Source: Candidatus Poribacteria bacterium
GTDB taxonomy: Bacteria; Poribacteria; WGA-4E; WGA-3G
Assembly: GCA_965242965.1 (NCBI GenBank)
Contig: OZ251518.1
Location: 1,536,001 to 1,600,000 of the forward strand
DNA: 64,000 nt
Direction of reading: 5' to 3'
The position numbers and the translations under genes are program-made. The notes under the pieces were generated by a model. It was not told the DNA's origin. It saw nothing but the letters and a program-made list of their open reading frames with translations, and searched no databases. Below, one piece after another: positions 38,310-47,416 of the stretch. How positions within the stretch are numbered: position 1 is the stretch's first letter; the number at the start of each line of letters is the position of its first letter.

Positions 38310-40553
38310 CTACAATCCGCGTTTGATACCCAGAAGCACTTGTCGCCTCGGTCCGATGAGGATACCGGAGCTCAGGTGTGCTTCAGGCTGTCCTGCGTTA
38401 GAATGCAACCGCGAACCGATGTAGACGCGGTCAAAAATGTTTTTGGCAGTGACAAACACCTGCCATCGGTGGGTTAGGTTGTAATCTAAACTCGCATTAA
38501 CAATTGTGTAATTCGGAATAAGTCCGGTATCTCCACGATTGAAAGTCTGCTGGAGATTTTCAAAGTCCGTGAAGACGGTGTCAACGAACCGCATGTCCGC
38601 GCGCACGCGGAACGCGGTGCCAATCTGTTTCGAGATGCCGAGGGTTAAGGTGTGCCGCGGCGCGTAAGGCAGCTCATTGCCGTTCAGCACAACATCAACA
38701 TTGCCAGCGATGGTTGCAGATTTCACAATGCCATCCGTGACTTCTGTCTGAAGATAGGTATAGGCGAGGTTAACATCGGGCAGGATGGAGACAAATTCGG
38801 AGATGCCGACTGTCATTGCCATCTCAATCCCGGAGAGGGTAACCTTGCCTAAGTTCTTGAAAGCAGTGCCGCGTCCGGCTGCAACCAGGTCTTCAACCAA
38901 AATGAGGAACCCGGCAGTCTCAACAGCAAGCCCTGTCACTTCCGAACGAAGCCCGATTTCCATGTTCCAACTTCTTTCAGGTTTCAGATCCAGCCCGCCG
39001 GCATCGACGTTCTGTCCAAAGTTGGAAATCTTAAGCGCGCCGCTGGAAGGTGCCGTGTAGCCGCGATGGATACCCCCAAACAGATTCCATTGTCCCAACT
39101 GATAATTCGCGCCAATACCCGGCAACAAAACAGAGGAGACTTTGTCCGCAAACACCGCCCCACGGAGTCTGTCTACCCGTTCTTGTTTAAACACCTCAAA
39201 CCGCACGCCAGGGGTAACAGTTAGTTTCTGCCATTCCACTTGCTCCTTTGCATAAAGTGCGAGTGCGAGGGTTTCGTAGTGGTGACTTTGTCCGAGAATC
39301 TGCACGGGCTCTTCCGATGAACCGGGGGTGCCGGTGAAATAGACACCGTCGCGTGCATCGGGGGCATCGCCGATTTTCTTGTCGTCAATGAAGCGTTCCC
39401 AGTGAACGCGCGCCCCAATGTCAACATTCCCCAGTCCGCTACCGATTGTGTGTTTGAAGGTATAGTTCCGTTCAACACCACCGACGTAGAAGGTGCGTAA
39501 AATTCCGAAGTTGCTTTTGCCGTTGCCGATTCTGACGAGAGCCCCGGTCTGATAGTAAGGCACCGGTGTCAAATTCCCGGTTTCAAGTGCATCGGGACGG
39601 ACGAAGATATCGTCTTCGCGCCACCACCGCCTGTCAAAGATGCTCGTATATAGCGTCGTGTTGCTTATGAGATTCGGCGTGATTTTATGGGTGTAGATGA
39701 TATCCAAGGAGGTTCGCAACACCCTAAAATTGTCGTCCGCTTTAGGATTGAAATTCGGGTTCGTCCGAAAAGAGTGTTCAGTCAACCCTGTATAGGTAGC
39801 GTTTGAGTTCTCGAAATTGCCGTTAGCTTTGAGGTAAAGTCTCTTGTCCTCACTCAGCCGGAAGCGTGTCTTGAGCGTGCCGTTCACCTGGTCAAACGCG
39901 TTATTTTCCCGAAAGCCGTCTCCGTGTTTATAGAGGAGTTGGATATCGGACAGGACATTTTCTGTCCCCGTGCCTCGCAATTCTGAAAACACGCTGTAGT
40001 ATCCGTTGTTGCCGCTGGTGAGTTGCGTGGTGAATCCGCGCGCGTTGCCCGGCTTCTGCGTGAGATAATTAACGACACCGCCCATCGTTTGGGGCCCAAA
40101 CCGGAGCGCGGCACTGCCTTTAATCACCTCTACCGCGCCGATGCGCTCCGCCGGCGGATTGTAGTAGGCATTTGGATAAATGTAGACAGCGGGTTGGATG
40201 GGGATGCCGTCTTCTAGCAATAACACTCTAGCACTTCGGCGTGGGTTCAGCCCTCGGATGCCGATGCTCAGACGCGAATTGCCGAATCCATCGTCCGCGT
40301 AGCCGTTGATACCCGGCACCCGTTCAAGCAATTCTTGTGTGCCGATGGGACGGATAAGTTCTACGGTTTGCGGCTCCAGCATGCTCATTGTTCCGGTGAG
40401 CCGTCTATGTTGCCGCAGCGATTCGCCGATGATTTCCACCGGCGGCAGAACGACTGCCTCAGAAGTCTCGCGGGTATCGCTTTCTTGTGCTGAAGCCCGC
40501 GCGCCTTGCAGGAGCAGCATCATGAAGCAAACTATGGCGAAAAGTCGATACAT
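38310..40553 (-). CDS. TonB-dependent receptor, FecA-like
   Basis: IGIRGLNPRRSARVLLLEDGIP, YYNPPAERI, VIKGSAALRFGPQTMGGVVNY and LPYAP. Confidence 0.9.
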   Translation of the reverse strand: MYRLFAIVCFMMLLLQGARASAQESDTRETSEAVVLPPVEIIGESLRQHRRLTGTMSMLEPQTVELIRPIGTQELLERVPGINGYADDGFGNSRLSIGIRGLNPRRSARVLLLEDGIPIQPAVYIYPNAYYNPPAERIGAVEVIKGSAALRFGPQTMGGVVNYLTQKPGNARGFTTQLTSGNNGYYSVFSELRGTGTENVLSDIQLLYKHGDGFRENNAFDQVNGTLKTRFRLSEDKRLYLKANGNFENSNATYTGLTEHSFRTNPNFNPKADDNFRVLRTSLDIIYTHKITPNLISNTTLYTSIFDRRWWREDDIFVRPDALETGNLTPVPYYQTGALVRIGNGKSNFGILRTFYVGGVERNYTFKHTIGSGLGNVDIGARVHWERFIDDKKIGDAPDARDGVYFTGTPGSSEEPVQILGQSHHYETLALALYAKEQVEWQKLTVTPGVRFEVFKQERVDRLRGAVFADKVSSVLLPGIGANYQLGQWNLFGGIHRGYTAPSSGALKISNFGQNVDAGGLDLKPERSWNMEIGLRSEVTGLAVETAGFLILVEDLVAAGRGTAFKNLGKVTLSGIEMAMTVGISEFVSILPDVNLAYTYLQTEVTDGIVKSATIAGNVDVVLNGNELPYAPRHTLTLGISKQIGTAFRVRADMRFVDTVFTDFENLQQTFNRGDTGLIPNYTIVNASLDYNLTHRWQVFVTAKNIFDRVYIGSRLHSNAGQPEAHLSSGILIGPRRQVLLGIKRGL

Positions 40554-40562
40554 GCCTTCCTC

Positions 40563-40772
40563 CTAAAATCGCTTTGGGTTCCGTGGCTGCGCCTGTGCGC
40601 TGGGCTCTGGATTGCCTTGCGTTGGCTCGTTCACAGGTAGGTTCGTATTACCGTAACTGCCCGTTTCTTCTGTCGCTTCGGACATAGGTGAAAGCAACGG
40701 ATCGCTCTCACATCCAAGCAACACGATACTGCTGGCTATTATGAAGAATAGCACCAAAAGTCTCAAATTCAT
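40563..40772 (-). CDS. Small lipoprotein (69 aa)
   Basis: MNLRLLVLFFIIASSIVLLGC lipobox, ending 10 bp before the TonB receptor. Confidence 0.7.
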   Translation of the reverse strand: MNLRLLVLFFIIASSIVLLGCESDPLLSPMSEATEETGSYGNTNLPVNEPTQGNPEPSAQAQPRNPKRF

Positions 40773-40795
40773 TGCCAATATCCTAAGGTTTAATT

Positions 40796-41078
40796 GAGAG
40801 TGTTTCGTAAATCGTTTTCCCCGGTAGGAGAGACCTCCTGGTCTCGATGCATCGCGCATGCGAGAGACCGTAGTTCGGGAGCGCCTGCTCCCGAACGGGT
40901 CAAGATCAGGCGATCTTGACCTACAGAGAAGGGCGGCTCGGTCACCGTAGGGCGAGGGCCTGTCCCTCGCCATCGTTCGCACACCCCAACGCTCGCGGGG
41001 GACAGGCCCCCGCGCTACGGGCACATCGAGACCAAGAGGTCTCTCCTACGGTATTGCATCGAAATATGAAACACCCTC
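40796..41078. mobile_element. MITE-like element with perfect 8-bp TSD GTTTAATT
   Basis: GAGAGTGTTTCGTA...TATGAAACACCCTC. GTTTAATT at 40788-40795 and 41079-41086. Confidence 0.9.
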
Positions 41079-41084
41079 GTTTAA

Positions 41085-42521
41085 TTACAAAGATTCTAGA
41101 AACGCGATCAGCGCATCGCGTTCCGGTTGCGACATCTGTTCAACGGCGCGCCGCGATACCTCCGCTTCTCCACCGTGCCAGAGAATCGCTTCCATTAAGT
41201 TGCGCGCTCTGCCATCATGGAGGAAGTTCGTGTGGCCATTCACCCGCTGCACCAAACCGATACCCCACAACGGCGGTGTCCGCCACTCTGTCCCACTCGC
41301 GTGAAAATCGGGACGGTTGTCTGCCAAACCGGGGCCCATGTCGTGCAATAACAGATCCGTATACGGATGGATTGTCTGATTGCTGACAGATGGCACGCCG
41401 GGTAAAACGCCTGTCCTAAACGTCGGAACATGACAACTCGCGCACTGTGCTTGCGCAAAAAGACGTTCGCCTTGCTGGACGAGAGGATTGTCAACATTAC
41501 GCCGCGCTGGCACCGCCAACGTTTGCACATAAAATGTCACTACCTCTAGGATTTCGTCGCTGACTTCCGGTGTTGCTCCTGCACTCGGGGTTTCGTTCCT
41601 GCCGGGATATTGCCCCACCGAACTTTCGAGTAAGAACAGCGAAGTGGTGATACCCATGTCGTCGTGATATGCCGAAGCTACCTGCTGGAGAAGCGTCGGC
41701 TGGTTCGCCTTCCACCCGAAGCGGCCGAGGGCTTTCCGCTGCTGCACCACATCCCACACATAATTCGGCTTGCCGGAGATACCATCACCGTCGCTATCCG
41801 CCTCGTCTGCATAGGCGAGGATGGATTCTTCCGGAATGGCTTCTAGCAGTCCGAGCCCGAAGACAACTGGCGCGACGCGCGGCGACACTTCAACGTCATC
41901 TGGCAGTGGACGATAGGTTTCCGTGAACGTGTAATTCGGATAACTGAGACGCACACGCGTGCCATCTGCCATCGTCAGCGGTTCCTCAGTCCAGTCTATC
42001 TGGACGGTGCCTTCCGGCTGTATTCCGACGATGGCTCGGTTATTCAATTGTGTGCCGAATCCCGGTACCGGCACCGGCGGTTTCCCTTCCAACGCGGTAT
42101 CAGGCCGCGGTAAACTCAGTCGAAAGAGCAATGATACCAACTCCTCGTTAGGACGAGGCGGTCTGCCCCGGCCATCGCGCGCGTGGCAGTTGATGCACGA
42201 AACGTTGTTATAGATAGGCCCTAACCCCGGATTCACCACCGCAGGCGCAGTTACAAACACTGCCTCAAATTCAACGTCGCCTTCCAGATGTTTTGCAAAT
42301 GCTGCTTCACTCAAATTCGGCGCGGGCACCGAGAAGGCGTGGCTTGACGCGTCAAAAACAGTCGTTTCTCCACCGGAAAGCGCGCCGGTAGAAAGGACAG
42401 GCATTGACTCCACGGCGATGGGTGATTCGGCATCACACGCGCTCAGCAGAAACGGCACGATGAAGGTTAAGGATAGGCACAGCCTATAAACAGTTTGCAG
42501 ATGTTTCATATCTTTAAACAT
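41085..42521 (-). CDS. Di-heme oxidoreductase family lipoprotein (DHOR/DUF1111)
   Basis: Two CxxCH motifs (CINCH, CASCH), GRFGWKA, TDLLLHDMG, WRTPPLWG and LHDGRAR. Confidence 0.92.
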   Translation of the reverse strand: MFKDMKHLQTVYRLCLSLTFIVPFLLSACDAESPIAVESMPVLSTGALSGGETTVFDASSHAFSVPAPNLSEAAFAKHLEGDVEFEAVFVTAPAVVNPGLGPIYNNVSCINCHARDGRGRPPRPNEELVSLLFRLSLPRPDTALEGKPPVPVPGFGTQLNNRAIVGIQPEGTVQIDWTEEPLTMADGTRVRLSYPNYTFTETYRPLPDDVEVSPRVAPVVFGLGLLEAIPEESILAYADEADSDGDGISGKPNYVWDVVQQRKALGRFGWKANQPTLLQQVASAYHDDMGITTSLFLLESSVGQYPGRNETPSAGATPEVSDEILEVVTFYVQTLAVPARRNVDNPLVQQGERLFAQAQCASCHVPTFRTGVLPGVPSVSNQTIHPYTDLLLHDMGPGLADNRPDFHASGTEWRTPPLWGIGLVQRVNGHTNFLHDGRARNLMEAILWHGGEAEVSRRAVEQMSQPERDALIAFLESL

Positions 42522-42616
42522 TTTTTGGGAGGGAACAACCTAATGGCTGCTCCCTTCCAAAACGAAATAGCCCACGGCATGGCGAGGGACAAGCCCCGCG
42601 CTGCCGGTTTCAAGGA

Positions 42617-43705
42617 TTAGTTAAACTCACTCGCTTGGACAAGCGGGAGGATATCTTGTTCTAGCGTCTGCTGCACCTTGCTGACAGCGTCAATTGCCGC
42701 TTGCACAGCGGCACGGTTGGTAGTAATTGCGTCGCGGAACGGAGCCGGAATAGCACCGATGGTATTGATGGCTGTCTGCACCTCTGCTTGGAAGCGCGCG
42801 TCCAACGCCGCGTCTTTGCTGTTCACAAATTCGTTGAGTCCCTGTCCATCGCCCACGAATTTCCCCATATAGACATTCTGGATGCCTCGGATATTGTCTT
42901 GGAAATCCGTGATGGAATTGAAACTAAACTGCGATTCGACAAGAGTCGTGTCCGATTCGTTGTAAGGGTCGGAGATTTTGCCGTTGGCGACTTCATCGGC
43001 GATGGTTATCATGCCGTTCACCATCTCCTGCACGGCGGAACTCTGCGATGGGTAAATCGCGCTACCGGTTCCAGCCTGTGCGACGGCACTGCTAAAATTC
43101 TCGCCTTCCGGTGCCCACGCGAGACGCAATTGCGCGGTACTCGCCTTGAGATTCTCTGTCGTTGAGACGAGGTATTCCAATTCACGTTCGGTGATGTCCG
43201 ATGCCTCGCGCTTGTCACCTTCGCGGAACAGCAAGAATTCAATGGTGTGGAACCCTTTCTGCGTATCTTCCAAACCGCTGACAAAGTCCACCGTGAGCAT
43301 ATCGCTGCTGTCCAAAACGGATTGGAGATTCACGTGATCTACGGGCCAACTATCCAGTGCCGGATCCAACCCTTGGGTATCAACCGGCCCAAATAGGAAC
43401 GATTCGCTCTGTTCCCAAGGCGTTCGTGTCGCTTTCCAAGCGGTTTGCGCTTTCGCCAGATTCGCCGGTGAGGTATCCGCCGCCAACGCTTTGACAGCCG
43501 TCAGCAGTTCACCTGCCTTGGCATCTAAATCGGCGTAGGTAGCCAAGACGACGGTGTTGGCGAAATCGTTGAGCATCGTGCCGGCTTCAAAAGTTTCCGC
43601 GCTGGATTCTACTTCAGCATCATCGTCGTCGCTGCCACATCCGATAACAGCGGCGAATGCAAGTAGTAAGCAAGAGAACAATGTCCAAATTTTATAGCAT
43701 TTCAT
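42617..43705 (-). CDS. Imelysin-family iron-regulated lipoprotein (IrpA-like)
   Basis: Lipobox VIGC, WEQSESFLFGP, LDSWP, GFHTIE (GxHxxE) and ESQFS. Confidence 0.9.
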   Translation of the reverse strand: MKCYKIWTLFSCLLLAFAAVIGCGSDDDDAEVESSAETFEAGTMLNDFANTVVLATYADLDAKAGELLTAVKALAADTSPANLAKAQTAWKATRTPWEQSESFLFGPVDTQGLDPALDSWPVDHVNLQSVLDSSDMLTVDFVSGLEDTQKGFHTIEFLLFREGDKREASDITERELEYLVSTTENLKASTAQLRLAWAPEGENFSSAVAQAGTGSAIYPSQSSAVQEMVNGMITIADEVANGKISDPYNESDTTLVESQFSFNSITDFQDNIRGIQNVYMGKFVGDGQGLNEFVNSKDAALDARFQAEVQTAINTIGAIPAPFRDAITTNRAAVQAAIDAVSKVQQTLEQDILPLVQASEFN

Positions 43706-43749
43706 AAGGTTTATCTTGCCTATCATGGATAGGCGTTAGAGCCTCCGAA

Positions 43750-44961
43750 TTAATATTGAAACCCAAAACCGAGTGAAAAGGTATTCTCCCGATTTTTATC
43801 CGTTGTGGCGAGTCGCCGAAGCGAGTAGTGTCCTTTGAAAACGAGTTGCGGATGCGCGTGGTAGTTCACGCCGAACGTCCACGTGGTGCGTTCCCACCGC
43901 GGGTTGTCAAAGATAACGCCTTCAACGCTTGCCATTGTATCGTAATAATCGTAACGCGCGAACACATCGCATCTCGTGTCGGTAGGCGCGGGCAGGAAAA
44001 GGGACAAGACATCGTAACCTGCCTCCAGATACCATCCTAAGGCGGTGCTGCCGATAGGTGTCCGCTTCACATTGAGGTTATTAGAGAGCGCGCGGTTGAC
44101 TTTGGAGAGCCTGTCTGCGTTTTCTAGCGTTCCCCAAAGCACCAAACCGCGCACCTTCACGGCGTTCACCTCGTAAAACCCGTGCAGGCTGACAATCCCG
44201 ACGTTGGCAGTGAAGTCGACATCGGGTTTCGGACGATTGGCGGCGGTGTCGCCATAATAGCCGGAGATGCCGACGGTTGCGCCTTCCCGCAGCCTGTAAT
44301 CGAGTCGTCCGACAAACGCGGGTGCCTCGGCATTGATTGTTTCAAACCGCAATTGGTGCCCCGGCACTATCCAATGCCGCGAACTAAACCCGGTTGAATC
44401 CAATCCGTTGATGACTTGCGCCTGATAATTCAAGGCACCGAGTGTGCCGAAGATTTCAACGCCTGTCTCGTGCCAAATCGTCGGGATGAGGTGCGTCTCT
44501 GCCTCCGGACGCGTTGTGGTGAAGTAGTGCTGCGGCCGGTGCCGTTTTGCGACAAGCCCCACCGGGACTATAATATGTCCGACGCGGAGGTTGAGCGCGG
44601 GTTTGAGAGAGAACACGGCCGCTAGTTTCTCAACGATGACTTCGCCGCCTTTTTCTATTTCTGTCTCAAATTCGCCGAACTCCTCGAATTTATCGAATTC
44701 CATCGTGCTGCCGGTGCCGCCGTGCTCAAGTTCCAGTTCCGCTTCAAGGCGGATGGTATCGTTGATACGGTATTTCGGCGCGATGACGAGGCGTTCCACG
44801 TCAATAGCGGCGCGTCTACCCGGGTCAAGTTCCCAATCGAAATGGGAATAGTGAATCACACCGTAACCTGAAACCGAAAACGGATTTGATGCTGCAGGGG
44901 CAGGCGCGCCTATCCAAATGAAAATTCCCCAAATGGTGAGGAAAGCCAACTGTTTTTTCAT
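43750..44961 (-). CDS. Outer-membrane beta-barrel/porin associated with imelysin
   Basis: Signal peptide, ELELEHGG, EKGGEV, IPTIWHETG and C-terminal GFGFQY. Start at MKKQLAF. Confidence 0.8.
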   Translation of the reverse strand: MKKQLAFLTIWGIFIWIGAPAPAASNPFSVSGYGVIHYSHFDWELDPGRRAAIDVERLVIAPKYRINDTIRLEAELELEHGGTGSTMEFDKFEEFGEFETEIEKGGEVIVEKLAAVFSLKPALNLRVGHIIVPVGLVAKRHRPQHYFTTTRPEAETHLIPTIWHETGVEIFGTLGALNYQAQVINGLDSTGFSSRHWIVPGHQLRFETINAEAPAFVGRLDYRLREGATVGISGYYGDTAANRPKPDVDFTANVGIVSLHGFYEVNAVKVRGLVLWGTLENADRLSKVNRALSNNLNVKRTPIGSTALGWYLEAGYDVLSLFLPAPTDTRCDVFARYDYYDTMASVEGVIFDNPRWERTTWTFGVNYHAHPQLVFKGHYSLRRLATTDKNRENTFSLGFGFQY

Positions 44962-44976
44962 AAATAATTCTATTTT

Positions 44977-45158
44977 GATAATGAATCTCATTATCAAAAT
45001 AACCATCGTTCGTTTCGTTAGACAGATATAGAAGAGCGGATATGGAAAACCGCCCTAAATGATAATGAGTCTCATTATCTTAACGGTTTCACGATTGCCG
45101 CGTTTATCAGAATTTTCTGCGAGCAGCGCGAAATTCCGCGATAACGAGTCTCATTATC
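44977..45158. promoter_or_regulatory. Three Fur boxes
   Basis: GATAATGAATCTCATTATC (44977-44995), GATAATGAGTCTCATTATC (45061-45079) and GATAACGAGTCTCATTATC (45140-45158). Confidence 0.92.
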
Positions 45159-45161
45159 TTA

Positions 45162-45263
45162 ATTATACCCATATTTTTCGCGTTTGTCAAGAAAAAAACG
45201 CGAAAAATGGTAATTAATGCCATTTATGCTATTAATTATACCCACATTTTTCGCGTTTGTCAA
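45162..45263 (-). promoter_or_regulatory. Two tandem perfect-consensus sigma70 promoters
   Basis: TTGACA-17-TATAAT at 45190-45162 and again at 45263-45235. Confidence 0.88.
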
Positions 45264-45315
45264 GAAAAAAGCAATTTTTTTTGCAATTTTCCGATTTTGT
45301 CAGAGATGCCGTTCT

Positions 45316-46149
45316 TTATTCTTCGACATCAATGAGCAATTCGCGGCCGTTTAACGGTTGCACCGGCCGATTGTTGCGATGGATAATGGCTGCGAACGCG
45401 GCAATTTGCGCTTCCGACATCTCAATAGGTGCCGTCATCACAAACCAATTGACTCCCTCCGAGCATGGAGGCGTAGTCAACGAACCTTCATAACGGTAGG
45501 TATCCCGCGCGCTCGGCAGCAGTTCTTCAACGTTGAAAGTAACGTGCTCAACGCGTTTTGTTTCGCCTGCGGCGGTTGGCAGATGCGCCCAGATCTCGTT
45601 AAAAGCGGCATTTTCACTGCCGTCCTCGATTAGCACCCCGATGACAGCCAGCGTGCCATCTTCACTTTTATGAACGAGGTGCATTTCCATATCAAACAGC
45701 TCGCCTGCAACCGTGTGTTCACTCGGCGTGTGGAAGTGGAATTGCAGGAGTTGATACCGCGTTCCGTCGACCTCAATCGAACTTCCTGCGTCGGGCTCTG
45801 CCGGATACCCCACCTCAATTGTATGGCCGTTGTGACGAATGTCTAGCGTTGTCGGTTGATAATTGAAGGTGATAGCCGGGAGTTCTGTCGGCGTTGCGTT
45901 CACCAAGTCGATGGGAGATTGGTGCATTCCCACCGCACACAAACTATATCCCGAATTGAGTTTACCCCAAACGTTAGGACCGTTTTCTGCTTCGTAGCCC
46001 CATTCCACCTTGTGGACATCGGATGTCACATTGATGGCTTTCTGGCAACTGGTCGTCCACATAAGCATCGCTATGATAACTCCTAGTTTTGCGAGATGCG
46101 CTTGCAAGCGAAAGGCTGCAAGGCAACGGTGATTTGACTTAATACGCAT
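45316..46149 (-). CDS. cah: Alpha-class carbonic anhydrase (exported)
   Basis: WGY, QSPIDL, NGHTI, QFHFHTPSEH, EMHLVH, YEGSLTTPPCSEGV and NNRPVQPLNGR. Confidence 0.95.
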   Translation of the reverse strand: MRIKSNHRCLAAFRLQAHLAKLGVIIAMLMWTTSCQKAINVTSDVHKVEWGYEAENGPNVWGKLNSGYSLCAVGMHQSPIDLVNATPTELPAITFNYQPTTLDIRHNGHTIEVGYPAEPDAGSSIEVDGTRYQLLQFHFHTPSEHTVAGELFDMEMHLVHKSEDGTLAVIGVLIEDGSENAAFNEIWAHLPTAAGETKRVEHVTFNVEELLPSARDTYRYEGSLTTPPCSEGVNWFVMTAPIEMSEAQIAAFAAIIHRNNRPVQPLNGRELLIDVEE

Positions 46150-46282
46150 AACAAATTTCCTCCTGAGAAAACGGAATCCGTGGAAAATCTGAGTCGTTTC
46201 CGCTCCCTCTTCAGTGGCGTTTAATCTCTATCTGAGTATAACCTGAAATGTCTGTTTTGTGCAAGGAAAAAATTATTTGATT

Positions 46283-46839
46283 GAAGGTGTTTCATATCTC
46301 GATGGCTTCCCCGTAGGAGAGACCTCCTGGTCTCGAATTCTTCCGGTAGGAGAGACCTCCCGGTCTCGATGTTCCCGTAGCGCGGGGGCCTGTCCCCCGC
46401 GATGGCTCAAAACCGTTTTTTTCACCGTAGCGCGGGGGCCTGTCCCCCGCGAGCTCCATCGTCAAGATGCCATCTTAGGTCCTTTAGGACCTTAATGTCT
46501 ATAGAAAAACGTGTCGTTACGTTTTCAAGGTCCTTTAGGTCCTTAATAAAAAACACGCGCCGCATCAAAGCATATTAAGGACCTAAAGGACCTTAAATCT
46601 CTTCACGTCGCCGACTGCTATAGACATTAAGGTCCTACGGACCTAAGAGACGTTATTTCCACCGTAGCGCGGGGGCCTGTCCCCCGCGATGGTTGGGATG
46701 CGCGAGGCATGGCGAGGGAAACCCTCTCGCATGCGCGTATAGCATGCGAGGGCCCAAGCCCTACGGTGCGGGGTGGCATTTTTTCCCCGTAGCGCGGGGG
46801 CCTGTCCCCGCGACGTTGAGCGATTTATGAAACCCCCTC
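46283..46839. mobile_element. Large TIR-bounded mosaic (557 bp) containing an ATAG-family element; no TSD
   Basis: GAAGGTGTTTCATA...TATGAAACCCCCTC. Confidence 0.75.
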
Positions 46840-46841
46840 GT

Positions 46842-46934
46842 TTAATCTTTGTTGGCTTCTTTTATCACGTCCCGGATGACGATACCGAGTGTCGTGAAAA
46901 AAATGACTACCGTGAGAATTGCAACCCATTCCAT
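46842..46934 (-). CDS. Putative 30-aa single-pass membrane peptide MEWVAILTVVIFFTTLGIVIRDVIKEANKD
   Basis: GGAGG RBS, TGATG overlap with the upstream mini-ORF and a hydrophobic core. Confidence 0.45.
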   Translation of the reverse strand: MEWVAILTVVIFFTTLGIVIRDVIKEANKD

Positions 46935-47011
46935 CACAAATCCTCCAAAGCCAGTGAAATGGCAAATACTACCTTCAACCAGCCAATTTCTTCCTTGAGT
47001 TTATCGCACAT
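46934..47011 (-). pseudogene. 25-aa ORF MCDKLKEEIGWLKVVFAISLALEDL, probably an internally deleted small membrane protein
   Basis: GGAGG RBS and an upstream promoter. Resembles the joined ends of a small hypothetical family recalled from memory, not verified. Confidence 0.4.
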
Positions 47012-47082
47012 ATCAGGTAATACCTCCATTACGTAGTATAACTTGAAATGTCTGTTTTGTGCAAGGAAAAAATTATTTGATT

Positions 47083-47415
47083 GCGGGTGTTTCATATCTC
47101 GATGGCTTCCCCGTAGGAGAGACCTCCTGGTCTCGATTTCTTCCGGTAGGAGAGACCTCCCGGTCTCGATGTTCCCGTAGCGCGGGGCCCTCGGATGCCA
47201 TACGCGCATCCGAGCGGGTTTCCCTCGCGTTGTCCTTCGTTCTCCCCACTCTGTAGTTTGTGATCGCCTGATCACAAACGGGTCAAGAGCAGGCGCTCTT
47301 GACCTACAGAGGGGATAGCGTTCGATCGCGCCGACGATGGCGAGGGACAGGCCCTCGCCCTACGGTGCGGGGGGGGCGTTTTTTCCCGTAGCGCGGGGGT
47401 CTGTCCCCCGCGATC
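47083..47415. repeat. Degenerate left TIR plus REP mosaic
   Basis: The first ~100 bp are nearly identical to 46283-46385. Confidence 0.85.
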
Positions 47416-47416
47416 G

